Assembly: GCF_963921235.1 (NCBI RefSeq)
Contig: NC_086108.1
Coordinates: forward strand, 62,808,001-62,872,000
Length of the DNA: 64,000 nt
Direction of reading: 5' to 3'
From: Mobula hypostoma
Lineage: Eukaryota
Shown: in pieces, positions 51,242 through 64,000 of the stretch
Numbering within the stretch: position 1 is the stretch's first letter
How the letters are laid out: each line of letters starts with the position of its first letter
Program-made: the position numbers and the translations under genes
The notes under the pieces: model-generated
What the model was told of the DNA's origin: nothing
Database searches by the model: none
What the model saw: only the letters and a program-made list of their open reading frames with translations

Positions 51242-53641
51242 CAGGGGTCCCCAACCATTTTTGCACTGCGGTCTGGTTTAATATCGACAATATTCTTGCG
51301 GATCGGCGGACCGGGGTGGAGGGGGGGGTTGCGGGGGATGGGTATTAATCACAACCAAAATATAGGTGATAAATCAACTATAAGTCACTTATAAGTGGCT
51401 AATACACTCATTTTCGTTTCTAAAAGGGTTTATCTAATGAATTTAATATTAAACACACAGCACATATTTTCCTTGCATGAATATAGTGATAAGTCAATTA
51501 TAAGTCGCTTATAAGTCAATAGCATCATAACATTTTAAATAACGTTTGGATATTAAACACACAGCGCCTATTTTCCTCGTATGAACATATAAAATCATTG
51601 CAACACACCAATATCGCTGAATCAGCAGGAGCCCTGGGGTTATTTCCCTGCAATGAGACGGTCCCATCGAGGGGTGATGGGAGACAGCGATACTTGAAGG
51701 GGGTTCCTTATGTCCAGTCTATTTCGCAATTTAGTTTTCATCGCATTCATTGCAGAAAACCCCGCTTCGCAGAGATATGATGTTGGAAATGGAAGCAACG
51801 TTTTCAGTGCTTTCGTGGCTATCTCAGGATATTCAGCCTTGACTTTGATCCAGAATGCCGGCAGAGATATTATGTCAGACATACTTTTCAGCCCATCATC
51901 ATTTGCAAGCTCGAGGAGTTGATCTTCTTCCCCCACTGACATGGATGATTCACCGGGGACATTCACAAATGGGTCATGGACCCATTCCTTTGCATGTCTT
52001 GGGTCATTTGTGGTTGGGAAGGAACACTCAAATTGTGTTGTCAGTGAAGTTAGGTGATTGCGCACTAGCTGTGAGAAGGACGGTGCAGCCTCAGTCTCTC
52101 CCAAAATCACTTGCCGGCCCACAGTTCCAGTTGGGCTTTGAAAGCAGACACTTTATCTGCCGACTTGAAGACAGTTGTCGTTCTTCCCTGAAGTGACAAA
52201 TTGAGTTTATTGAGCAGGTTGGAGATGTCACACAGATAAGCGAGTTTTGCTATCCACTCCTTGTCACTGAAGTGTGCTGCCAGTGGTGACTTTTTTCCTG
52301 AAAGAAATCTCTTAACTCAAAAACCCTGGCCAGGGCTCTCCCCCTTGATAGCCACCAGACCTCAGTGTGTAAGGGAAGGTGTTTGTGCTCTGCACCCATT
52401 TCCTTGCAAAGCTGCTCAAACAGATGTGAGTTAAGGGCTTTTGGTTTGATGTGATTGATAACTTCAACGTCACTCAATACGCTGTTAAGATCAGGTGACA
52501 TTTTTCGGCTAGCCAGCATTTCCCTGTGTGTGACACAGTGTGTAGACTGGCATTCAGGAGCAACCTCTTTGACTCGGGTAGTGAAACCAGACAGCCGTCC
52601 AGTCATAGCTGCAGCCCCGTCTGTGCATATTCCAACACAGAATGACCAGTCCAGTTTGCCTGACATGTAGTCATTCAAAGACTTGAATAGTTCTGCCCCA
52701 GTTGTGTTAGTTGGCAGTGGCAGTGCACACAACATAATCTCATGCACATCATCTTGAAATATATACCACACATAAACCAGCAGTATTGCCTTGTTGTCGA
52801 TATCGGTAGACTCGTCAACCTGGATAGCATACCATGGTGACTTGTTAAGCAGTTCCAACAGTTGTGCTTCAATGTCCTCTGCTATGTCATCGATCCTCCT
52901 TGAATCTGCGGTAGCTGAAAGAGAAACCTGTGCCATCTTGTTAGCTGCAGCTTCTCCCAACAGCTCACGGCACATGTCCTTGGTAGCAGGCAGAATCAAT
53001 TCTTCACCAACAGTGAAAGGCTTCTTAGCCTTAGCAATACGACTAGCCACTCAGTACGATGCTCTCAGAGCAGCAGCATTCGTGGAGGTGGTGACTCTCA
53101 GCACTTGCTTCTGCCCGCTTGCTCATGTTTTTTTCCGCTCAAAAGACTCATCGGGTTTGTCTTTAAGTGCAGGTGCTTGGACTCAAGGAGCCGAAGCAGT
53201 TTTGAGGGCTTCATTGCCTCATTAGACAGCTTGTCTCTACATATCACACACGGGGCTTGGAGCGTGCGAGTCACCGGTCACAATAAAGCCATATTTTATG
53301 TACAACTCGTCGTATTTTCTGTTGAAGGAGCTTTCTTTTTTTTTTGCAGTCTCGGCCTCAGCTGTCTCTGCATTATCATCATTGTTAGGCCTTTTATGTC
53401 CCCTACCATCTCTTCCAAAGAAACTCTCAAGTGACGTTTGTTTTTTTTACTCATCGAGTAGTTGTAGGTTAATGACCTCGCGTGCGTAATGATCTCGTGT
53501 GCGTTCAAGTTCAACAGTGGGCGTGACGGGGAATGAGGAAAGGTGCAGCTGATGCATATCATTTCATATTGCCAAATCATATCATTACCACATGCTTTGT
53601 GGCCTGATAACGGTCCACAGCCCAGTGGTTGGGGACCTCTG
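51242..53641 (-). mobile_element. Full-length hAT (Charlie/Buster) transposon, 2400 bp, with a disrupted transposase (~53454 to ~51622)
   Basis: 15-bp TIRs caggggtccccaacc and ggttggggacctctg. TSD gtttagag at 51234-51241 and 53642-53649. Motifs IQVDESTD, CTDGAAAMTG, HCVTHRE, WLSRG and TSYLCEAGFS. Confidence 0.96.
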
Positions 53642-55747
53642 GTTTAGAGTACCATTCACAAGGAGAATAATTCAGATAATCAGACTATGGTGGTGTAATT
53701 CTGCATCTGAACCACATTTCTGCAAGTGTGGGTTTTGTAATGCAAGGATGGAGTGACAGATTTGCCTAGGTGCTGTTGATGCTCTTTTTTACAAAACACT
53801 TTGTTTTCTTTTTTTTACATAATTTGTATAGGAAAAATTACCAGAAGGGCACAGAAATAATCTGTTTATAATAGTAGAAAAAGTTGTAGATAATGTTGAA
53901 AATGGGAAGGAGTGATATATAGGACAATTCCTATCAAATATGGAGTTGAACAGATAAATGTTAAATTAAATTTAATATTGATAAATGCCATATTGAGTGA
54001 AATAATGTGCATCAGTCATCCATTGCACATTGAATTAGCACTGGGAGAATATAAAAATAACCTGGAGTCTACTGTAGACTCTGTTTTTTCATTGTCTAGA
54101 CATCATAGCGCAATAATTAAAGTGAATAAAATGTGGGAACACCGAGTTTGAACAGTTGGAACAAGGTTTCTTTAATACACTAGTCAAATTAGGACTGTGC
54201 AAAGTTTTTTTTGTCAAGCTAAAAATGGAAATGTGTAGGTTAGACAGGTTTAAAGAAGAATGAACTCAAGTGTGAAGGAGGATGAGCTTCAATAAAAGTA
54301 TTAGATAAATATATAGTCCAGAAAAGCATTTCTGAAGCTTATAAATTTTGATCATATATATCCTGAAAATCTAGCAAGTTACCACAGAGTAATATGATGA
54401 GAAGGTTAATTTACAATAAAATAAATATTGTTTCTCCTAAATTTGAAAATGTTTGGAATATCTTGACTGGATATATTGATAGATATATTTGCATTAGGAG
54501 ACTAGACAATGGAAATGGATGTTAGCTGTGAGGGTCAGGCTAGGTAGTATAAATGACCTCTTTTTAACTTATCATGTTTCATTGCCCTTATATTTTGTCT
54601 CAAAACAAGAGTTATCAATCTGAAACATCCAGAAATGTTCATGTTTAAATTTAATTTTGATTTGATTTTTAAATCAAGAATGCATGCAGTATCTTCACCT
54701 TCAGAATGGCTGGAAATACATTTTAACAATTCTGAAGTATTTGAAGCAAACATGGGGAGCTCATGTAAAATATCACTCCATTAACACCATTGAGATAAAT
54801 GACCAATTGATTTATATTTGATGGTGTTCATTAAGGATTAAAAGACACTGGATAAAATTTCTTGATGCTACTTACATCTTTGGATCAATATACAAGATCC
54901 TCCCAGGAGGTTGCTTTTGTCAGGAGTGTACCAAGCTTCACTAAAGTACTAGAATAAAAATAAATGAGAAAATTAAGTGTTTTAACTGGGTGTGCTGCAC
55001 CTTTCTAAACCATAATGGGGAAAAGCAAAATCATCTCTTTACATCTTAACATTAAGTGTCATATTTCTTTTTCTTTCTATCTCAAATAGCATGTAATACA
55101 AACACCAGACAGCATTACTTTCACTACTTCATCACCTCTGATTGGAATGACCCTTTTAAACTTTCCATTTGTATTTTGCGCCGGGCTGAGCTGAGCATCT
55201 GATCATGTTTGACACACACTCAAGCTAACCCCACATTTTCCTTGTTATCATTTTTACCATAGGGTTAGCATTTGTTCTTTGATTTGAGATTGTTCTCGGA
55301 AAATTCTTGTGACCTTCTGCAGTTACTTTCTGCTGAAGATCTCCACATAGTAAATAATTATTGTAGCACATCATGTGACATCATATGGAAGATCTTATTT
55401 TTGAAGTTCCTTAACTTTGCTGGATCTCCCAGTTCCCAGGCATACTAGTATTTTTCAAAGTAGGAAAGAACAAGTTGTTTCAATTAATTTTAAATAGTGT
55501 TATTCATTTGGAATCTTGGGACTCAATTATTTTCTTATTATAAGCGTGAAAAAAAAATTTGCACAGAGCATGGATTTTTATTTATGAATAATTAAAAGAA
55601 CAATTTTAGTTGGGCATTATATTGCGGGAGTTTATATCCGTACATATTGATTGTCAGTAGATATTAGCCACTGGGTGTGGGAAAATGGAACTTTACTAAT
55701 TAGCTAGTTTCTATATGAAGATTCTAAAGAAAATGTTTTTAAGAAAG

Positions 55748-55937
55748 ACATAAAAGAGACTGCAGGTGCTGGAATTTGGAGCAACTAACAATCTGCTGGA
55801 GGAACCTAGTGGGTCAGACATTTTGGGTTGAAATCTCGGTCCTGATTCAAGTTTTTGAACTGAAATGTTGACAATTCCTTTCTTGACACAGATGCTGTTT
55901 AACTCACTGAGTTCCTCCAACAGATTGTTTATTGCTT
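55748..55937. mobile_element. Old inverted PLE pLTR remnant
   Basis: Arms gcaactaacaatctgctggaggaac and gttcctccaacagattgtttattgc, with a central decayed hammerhead gtcctgattc...gaaatgttgac. Confidence 0.7.
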
Positions 55938-56261
55938 GTTTTTTTTTACTCCTTAAGCCTTTCAGTAATAGAAATCATTTTTTAGTTTATGTGCTACCTT
56001 CTATTTTACTAAAAAGGCATGTTCCATGGACTTTTGGGAACATTACATTATAACTACTGGCAATACACGACGGCAGCCTGACTGATAATTAGATTTTCCA
56101 CGGTAGGTGGCATGAAAAAGAGAATCAGAATAAAAGTATATGATTTTTTTAAAAATTAAGTGCTGCGTAGGTATTTACCTTTATGATCTCAGCAAAAATG
56201 GTAAGCGTTTCTAAAAATCTAGCAATGGTACACAATAACCCTTCCCTGTGGCATACAAATA

Positions 56262-57365
56262 GATAAGAACAAGAAATAGGAGCAGGCGGGATCATTTGGT
56301 CTGTCGAGCCTTTTCCATCATCCAGTAAGATCATGGCTGATCTGCCGATTAACTCAGATCCATCTATCTGCCTTTTCCTCATTGCCCTTAACTCCCCTGT
56401 TATGCAAAATTTCTATTTAACTCTCTTAAATATTTTGAATGAGGTAACCTCTACTGCTTCCTTGTGCAGATAATTCCATAGATTTTTTCTACTCTCAGGG
56501 AAAAACAGCTTCTCCTCATCTCCATCCCAAGTCTGTTTTCCCTGAATCTTGAGGCTTTGTCCTCTAGTTTCACTTACCAGTGGAAACAACTTTCCTGCCT
56601 CTATCGTATATATCCCCTTAATAATTTTATGTTTCTATAAGGTCCCCTCTCATTCTTCTGGATTCTAGTGAGCATAGTTCCAGGTGACTCTAGCTCCCCT
56701 CATCTCTGGAATCAACCTCATGAGCCTCCTGAGCACTACCTACAAAACCAGTAAGAGTTTCCTCAAGTAAAGAGACCAGAAATGCACACAATACTCCAAA
56801 TGCAGCCTTGCCAGTACCCTATACAGTTGTAGCATAATCTCCCTATTCTTAAATTGAATCCCCTTAGCAATGAAGGCCAACATTCCATTTGCCTTCTCAA
56901 TAGTCTGTTGCACCTACAAGGCAACCTTTTGCAATTTACGCACCAGCACTCCCAATTCCCTCTACACAATAGATTGCTGTAATCTTTCACTGTTTAATTA
57001 ATAATCTAATCTTCTATGTTCCTTCCAAAGTGGATGACCTGGCATTTATCAATGCGGTATTCTATCTTCCAGACCCTTGTCCACTCACTTAACCTATTCA
57101 CATCACTCTGTAGACTCTCTTCATCCTTTTCACAGTTTGCTTTTCCACTCAGTTTAGTATCATCAGCAAACTTGGGTTATGCTACACTCCCGGCACTCCC
57201 TCCATATTGTTAATGTATATCGTGAACAGTTGTGGGCCAAGCACCGACCTCTGGGGCACTCCACTTACCACTGACTGCCAACCAGAGAAACATCTCTCTC
57301 CCTTCTGTTGGTTAATTAATCTTCCATGCAAATACATTACCCCAACAGAACTTCCCACCACTTGC
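56262..57365 (-). mobile_element. Degraded CR1 RT to 3' end
   Basis: SGVPQRSVLGPQLFTIYIN; same-strand similarity to 30860-31950. Confidence 0.85.
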
Positions 57366-58614
57366 ATGATGTTCTAGTTTACAAAATAAAATCTTTATCT
57401 CTGATTTTTATTGCATAATTTGTAAGAACCTTGTGGCAGATTATGTAAAGAATAAATGGAAATAGCAAAAAAAAACTTAGTTCCTTGGGATGTCCTGGGT
57501 TTCTTCCTTTTCTCAGCATTTATAAGAATGGCCATGCAAAGATATCACACAACCATCTTGTAACTTATACCAAGTGAAATCAATTAATATCAGGGACCAT
57601 CATCTGATCAATAAAGTTCCAACATTTAATTGGATATTGAAAAAGTATGGGATCTTTGTGTTCTTTATTAAAATTCAAAGGCGACAGAAGAATACTATTA
57701 CTATGACGAATATCATGCCCTATTTTGCAAATAAATAAAAAGCATTGATCTTGAGAAAAAAAACAGGTTGCAATAAGAACGCAAGTGATAAATTAGTTCT
57801 CTGGTTTAATTGTCTCTTTTGATAATTAACATCTTATAAAATAGTAGATTCAGCAGAAAATAGTGCCATAAAGGACAAAATAAAACAAAATCAAGACTAG
57901 ATAACAACAAATAACATTACAAATGCTTGTTTTTTTTTAAGATATAACTGGAATCTTAGTTCTTGGTACATCAACACATGTTTTCCACCAACTTCTAAAC
58001 TGAACAAAATCCTTTTTTTGAGGGAAGACTATCTAAAATAATCACATCTATATAGAGTATGGTTTCTCATTTATCTTGCTGTACTCTTTAATGGCAATAC
58101 ACAGATTCCAGCCTTGAAAGACACTGAGGCCACCCTTCCTTTAATTGATAGCACTAATATATCCCAAGGCAAAAGCTATTCAAATTTTCCATAGTAGCAT
58201 GAAGCCAAGAAGAAAACTACTGAGAAATATACTAAGATAACTATTAGGTCATTTAGGCAGTATTTCAGAAGCAAGATGGATATTGATAAAATGTTTTTTT
58301 GCTCTCTGTTAGCCTTCAGTAGAACTGTGTCAATACAAATATTATTCATCTTTGGATACACATAAGATATGTGGCACAAGTTGTACTTGATAGCTTTGTT
58401 TCTTTAGTGTGAAGTAGTGATTCAAGTTTCATATCATAAATTTAGAATTTTATTGTTTTCCCCATTAATATGGTGCAGACTGAATAATTTTCTGAGAATT
58501 GCAAGTCACTGATATCAACTAGTTTTGACTGATGTCATACTTCCACATTTTAAAAAGGAGATAAATACTGAATCAAGCCACAGATGAGTTTTTTCATAAA
58601 TCTGTGTGAACTCT

Positions 58615-59030
58615 TGGAGGAAAGCAACATTCAACATCAGGGACCCCCACCACTCAGGTTCTGCACTCTTCTTGCTGCGACCATCAGGAAGAAGGTCCCT
58701 CAGGACTCACACACCAGGTTCAGGAACAGTTATTACCCTTCAACCATCAGGCTCCTGAATCAGTGGAGATAACTGCACTGAACTTCACTTGCCTCAGCAT
58801 TGAACTGTTCCCACAACCTATACACCCATCTTTAATGCTTATTTGTCTCATGTTCTCATTATTCTTATTATTATGTCTTCTTTTCCTTCTTTTTGTATTT
58901 GTACAGTTTGTTGTGTTCTACATACTGACCATATGCCCTGTTGATTTTTGTACTTATTGAGTATGCCCACAAGAAAATGAATCTCAGGGCTGTATATGGT
59001 GACATATGTGTACTTTGATAATAAATTTGA
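58615..59030 (+). mobile_element. Rex1 3' fragment
   Basis: HTRFRNSYYPSTIRLLN; 3' end matches 30590-30645. Confidence 0.85.
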
Positions 59031-59204
59031 TACTCCAACTCAGAACCTTCTTGGAAAAAGGAACACGTGGACAAAAAATGCTCTTATTAGGCAGCTTGGG
59101 AACCAGGGCCCTGAAGAATGGCAGCCGAGGAACAGAGATACCAAAGAGAAGGCTAAGGGGAAAACTTAACCCCACTGCAGAGTTGTCTAAGAGCAGATGA
59201 CATA

Positions 59205-59551
59205 GGTTTAACGTTCAAAGGAAAATTATGTCAAAGTACATATATGTCATCATATACTACCCTGAGATTTATTTTCTTGTGGCCATTTACAGTGGAACAA
59301 AGAAATACAATAGAAACGATGAAAAACTGCACACATACCAGTGTGACTGACAAACAACCAAAGTGCAAAAGAAGTGAAACTGTACAAATACAAAGGAAAA
59401 TAAATAAATAAACAAACAAACAAACAAACCTGAAAACATGAGTTTGTAGAGTCCTTGACAGAAAGTCCATAGGTTGTGGAATCAGTTCATTGTTGAAGTG
59501 AGTGAGGTTATCCACAGTGGTTCAGGAGCCCGATGGTTCAAGGGCAATAAT
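59205..59551 (-). mobile_element. Rex1 3' fragment, interrupted by the hAT at 59552
   Basis: Reverse-complement match to 58730-59025. Confidence 0.85.
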
Positions 59552-61621
59552 CAGGGGTGGCGCTAAGGTGGTGCTAGCTGGGGCTATAGCCCCAGCAGAA
59601 ATTGCAATAGCCCCACTATAGCAACACCAAGAAATTAACTGCAGCTGCTTTGCTTTCTCTGTATAGTTTTGAATACAGCTTGTTTCTCCAGCTGATCTAG
59701 TGAAACAGCGCCCCCAATTACCATAGCACCCACTCAGCAATAAAGTTATAAACTCTGTCAGATCCACTCTACACTTCTGCTTTTTCGTTCGTTGTCAATG
59801 TCTTGCCGTTGCTGTCCTCAGATCAGTTAAGATGATCTAAGATCACTTAAGGGGGTGATGTCACTCACTCTCACTCACGCGAGAGATTGATGTATACATC
59901 CAGGCGCTGATCCGTGGTCTCGCGAGACTAACGGATGCCACACGCGCACATTGTGCTTTTACAAACTAGCGTCGACCTGGCACGTGCATTATTTTGGCTG
60001 GCATGAAAAATGGATCAATTTTTAGTCAGAAAACGAGCTCATCCAGAGGAATCAGTGGTGTCTCAGCCTGAGCATGTCTTAATTGAAAGTGACATGCAGA
60101 AAGAAGTAAGTGGGGATGAGGACGACACCAGTTCATCGAAGGAGTGTGAGGGCGAAGTAAAAGGACAAGAAATGGAGCGGGATTCGGAAGAGAACATGGA
60201 TGAAGCTGCTCTTAGTGCGAGTGGGAATACTGTTAGCGATGTTAGTCAGCAGCCAGCAGCCTGAGGAAGGACCCCATCGGCCAGCATTGAAAAAGCACTC
60301 TTCGCAACAGTTTGGCAATCAGCAAAGGAGTTTTATTCGTGGCTGGTTTGACCTGTACTCCTGGCTGGAATATTCAATCACAAAAGATGCTACATTCTGC
60401 TTCGCATACAGGCATTTCCTGTGCGGAGGAAATGGGTTCCATTCTGAGTCTACCTTCACTGTCACCGGTTACCGCAACTGGCGGAAAGCTACAACAGCTT
60501 TCAAAACCCACCATGCAAGTGCAGCTCATAAGTTTGCGATGGAGGCATGGGCCGAATTCAGATTGAGAAAACAAGACGGTTCAAGATTGGGAAATATGCT
60601 TGATAAAGGACATGCGAAGGTTGTCCAAGAAAATCGTGAGTATATGAGAGCAGTAGTCGAGTTTCTACGCTATACTGCGTGCCATGGCATTGCCCAGCGA
60701 GGACACCAGGAGAATGATGGATCTGGCAATAAGGGAAACTTTGTTGAATTGCTCAGTGTAATTGGGAAGTTTGATAAGACTGTAGCTAAAAAAATAGAAG
60801 ACAATCTTGGAAATGCAAAAAACACCCATCACGATATCCAAAATTAAGTTATGGGTATTATGGCAGATATGGTCATACGTCAAATAAGTGCAGAAATCAA
60901 GGAGGCTGGATATTTTCCCATCATGGTGGATGAAAGTAAAGACTTCAGTAAAAAGGAGCAAATATCAGTGGTGGTGCAGTATTTGAATAACGAAACAGTG
61001 CTTGAAGAATTCTTGCACTTCATTCCAGCAGAAGGTTTGGACGCAGAGTCGCTTCTTAAAAGCATTGAACAGACACTCGCCCAGTGTGTTATTGATAAGA
61101 ACGCGTGTTATGACGGGGCGGCAGTGATGTCTGGGTGCAATAACGGGGTACAAGAGAGGTTCAGGAAAGAGGTCCTGCATGCATTATATATACACTGCCA
61201 TGCTCACAGACTTAACCTTGTTTTAGTGGATGCTGTGAGCAATGTACCACAAGCGGGTGAGTTTTTTGAAACTGTGCAGCTGCTTTACAACTTCTTTTCA
61301 AACTCTGTTGCCCACGATCTTTTCATGAAGAAACAGAGAGAACTGGAATCAACTGCACAGCCCGTGGAGTTGAAGAAATTGTCAGGTACACTCTGGGCAT
61401 GGCAGTATACAGCTTTATGGGCTATAAGGAAATCACTCCCTACATTCTAGCTACACTACAGGATATTATGGGTCAACCAAATGCACGGAGGAAAATGGAG
61501 GCCAGAGCTGTAAATGGACTGATTGATGAGCAGTTTGCTTTACTTCTCACTCTGTTTGAGGATTTATTCAGAGTCACCAAGTTTATGTCAGACCAGCTAC
61601 AATCTCCCAGTTTGGAGCTTT
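59552..61621 (+). mobile_element. hAT transposon (Tip100/ZMYM1-like: TTF zinc finger + DUF4371), left part; transposase pseudogene from 60010
   Basis: Starts caggggtggcgc. Motifs RSFIRGWFDLYSWLEYS, QRGH..GNFVELL, IMVDESKD, YDGAAVMSG and HCHAHRLNL. Frameshifts and a TAA at 60845; cut by a CR1 at 61622. Confidence 0.92.
59917..59928. promoter_or_regulatory. CGCG element (TCTCGCGAGA) in the hAT 5' region
   Basis: Perfect palindrome gtctcgcgagac ~80 bp upstream of the transposase ATG in a CpG-rich patch. Function is inferred. Confidence 0.5.
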
Positions 61622-64000
61622 CATAAGACCATAAGACAAAGGAGCAGAAGTAGGTCATTCGGCCCATCGAGTCTGCTCCGCCATTTTAGAGCTGATCCAT
61701 TCTCCCATTTAGTCCCACCCCCCCCCCCCCGCCGCCTCCTCACCATAACCTTTGATGCTCTGGCTACTCAGATACCTATCAATCTCTGCCTTAAATACAC
61801 CCAATGACTTGGCCTCCACTGCTGCCCGTGGCAACAAATTCCATAGATTCACCACCCTCTGGCTAAAAAAATTTCTTCGCATCTCTGTTCTGAATGGGCG
61901 CCCTTCAATCCTGAAGTCATGCCCTCTCGTACTAGACTCCCCCATCATGGGAAGCAACTTTGCTGCATTCACTCTGTCCATGCCTTTTAACATTCGAAGT
62001 GTTTCTATGAGGTCTCCCCTCATTCTTCTAAACTCCAAGGAATACAGTCCAAGAGCGGACAAACGTTCCTCATATGTTAACCGTCTCATTCCCGGAATCA
62101 TTCTACTGAATCTTCTCTGGACCCTCTCCAACGTCAGCACATCCTTTCTTAAATCAGGAGACCAAAACTGCCCACAGTACTCCAAGTGAGGTCTCACCAG
62201 CGCCTTATAGAGGCTCAACATCACATCCCTGCTCCTATACTCTATTCCTCTAGAAATGAATGCCAACATTGCATTCGCCTTCTTCACCACTGACTCAACC
62301 TGGAGGTTAACTTTAAGGGTATCCTGTACGAGGACTCCCAAGTCCCGTTGCATCTCAGAACTTTGAATTCTTTCCCCATTTAAATAATAGTCTGCCCGTT
62401 TATTTTTTCTGCCAAAGGCATAACCATACACTTCCCAACATTGTACTTCATTTGCCACTTCTCTGCCCATTCTTCCAATCTATCCAAGTTTCTCTGCAGA
62501 CTCTCCGTTTCCTCAGCACTACCGCCCCTCCACCTATCTTCGTATCGTCAGCAAACTTAGCCACAAAGCCATCTAGTCCATAATCCAAATCGTTGATGTA
62601 CAATGTAAAAAGAAGCGGCCCCAGCACTGATCCCTGTGGAACACCACTGGTAACTGGCAGCCAACCAGAATAGGATCCCTTTATTCCCACTCTCTGTTTC
62701 CTGCCAATCAGCCAACGCTCTATCCACGTATGTAACTTTCCTGTAATTCCATGGGCTCTTATCGTGTTAAGTAGCCTCATGTGTGGCACCTTGTCAAAGG
62801 CCTTCTGAAAATCCAAATATACAACATCCACTGCATCTCCCTTGTCTAGCCTACTGGTAATTTCCTCAAAAAATTGTAATAGGTTTGTCAGGCAGGATCT
62901 TCCTTTAAGAAATCCATGCTGAGTTCTGCCTATCTTGTCATATGCCTCCAGATACTCTATAACCTCATCCTTGACAATCGACTCCAACAACTTCCCAACC
63001 ACCGACGTCAAACTAACAGGTCTATAATTTCCTTTTTGCTTCCTTGCCCCCTTCTTAAATAGCGGAGTGACATTTGCAATCTTCCAGTCCTCCGGAACCA
63101 TGCCAGAATCTATCGACTTTTGAAAGATCATCGCTAATGCCTCCGCAATCTCCATAGCTATTTCCTTCAGAACACAAGGGTGCATTCCATCTGGTCCAGG
63201 AGATTTATCTACCTTTAGCCTATTCAGCTTCCTCACTTTCTCTGTTGTAATTGTGACTGCACACACTTCTCTTCCCTGCCACCCTTGAGTGTCCGGTATA
63301 CTGCTGATGTCTTCCTCAGTGATATCTGATGCAAAATACTCGTTCAGTTCCTCTGCCATCTCCTCATCTCCCATTACAATTTCTCCAGCATCATTTTCTA
63401 TCGGTCCTATATCTACTCTCACCTGTCTTTTACTCTTTATATACTTGAAAAAACTTTTAGTATCCTCTTTGATATTATTTGCTAGCTTCCTTTCATAGTT
63501 AATCTTTTCTCTCTTGATGACCTTCTTGGTTTCCTTTTGTAAGGTTTTGAAAACTTCCCAATCCTCTGTCTTCCCACTAATTTTTGCTTTCTTGTATGCC
63601 CTCTCCTTAGCTTTAACTTTGGCTTTGACTTCTCTTGTCAACCATGGTTGCATCCTTTTTCCACTCGAAAATTTCTTCTTTTTTGGAATATACCTGTCTT
63701 GCACATTCCCCATTTCTCGCATAAACTCCAGCTACTGCTGCTCTGCTGTCTTTCCCGCCAGTGTCCCTCTCCAGTCAACTTTGGCCAGTTCCTCTCTCAT
63801 GCCACTGTAATTTCCTTTACTCCGCTGAAATACCCACACATCAGATTTCGGCTTCTCTTTTTCTAATTTCACAGTGAACTCAATCATGTTATGATCACTG
63901 CCTCCTAAGGGTTCCTTCGCCTCAATCTCTCCAATCACCTCCGGTTCATTACACAATACCCAATCCAGTACTGCCGATCCCCTAGTGGGCTCAACTATCT
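61622..64000 (-). mobile_element. Young CR1 LINE (same subfamily as 30857-33035), running off the window
   Basis: GSDHNMIEF endonuclease end; RT with KFADDTK; frameshift near 62520; cataagaccataagac tail. Confidence 0.95.

Noticed and set aside
51640..53454. Domesticated ZBED/SCAND3-like host gene
   Set aside because: Multiple frameshifts and stops with intact TIRs and TSD indicate a decaying transposon.
25878..64000. Further FGGY exons (expected next: R-SLCS..CKWTY..GW)
   Set aside because: No matching sequence found by eye; it probably lies beyond the window. A spliced alignment would confirm this.

Overview
Vertebrate genomic DNA, AT-rich and mostly intronic. The repeat content (CR1, Rex1/Babar, V-SINE, Penelope-like elements) suggests a cartilaginous fish; this is an inference. 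The window holds the first four coding exons of FGGY (carbohydrate/D-ribulose kinase) on the + strand: 2359-2535, 3776-3887, 8994-9145 and 25789-25877, all with GT-AG boundaries and a continuous reading frame. The next exon was not found, so everything after 25877 is read as intron. The introns are packed with nested transposons: CR1 and Rex1 LINEs, two Tc1 elements, two Charlie/Buster hATs with perfect 8-bp TSDs and a Tip100-like hAT. The most notable structure is a young Penelope-like retroelement (PLE) at 4216-7130. It has RT and GIY-YIG domains, a 14-bp TSD and 662-bp inverted arms, and each arm carries a minimal hammerhead ribozyme with an intact catalytic core; one copy is in the sense orientation of the FGGY pre-mRNA. 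About ten older hammerhead-bearing PLE remnants from two distinct families also occur, several with the same inverted architecture. Hammerheads in PLEs are a known phenomenon; the locus-specific arrangements are what merit checking. TE boundaries without a TSD are approximate (tens of bp), and family names come from motif recognition, not database searches.
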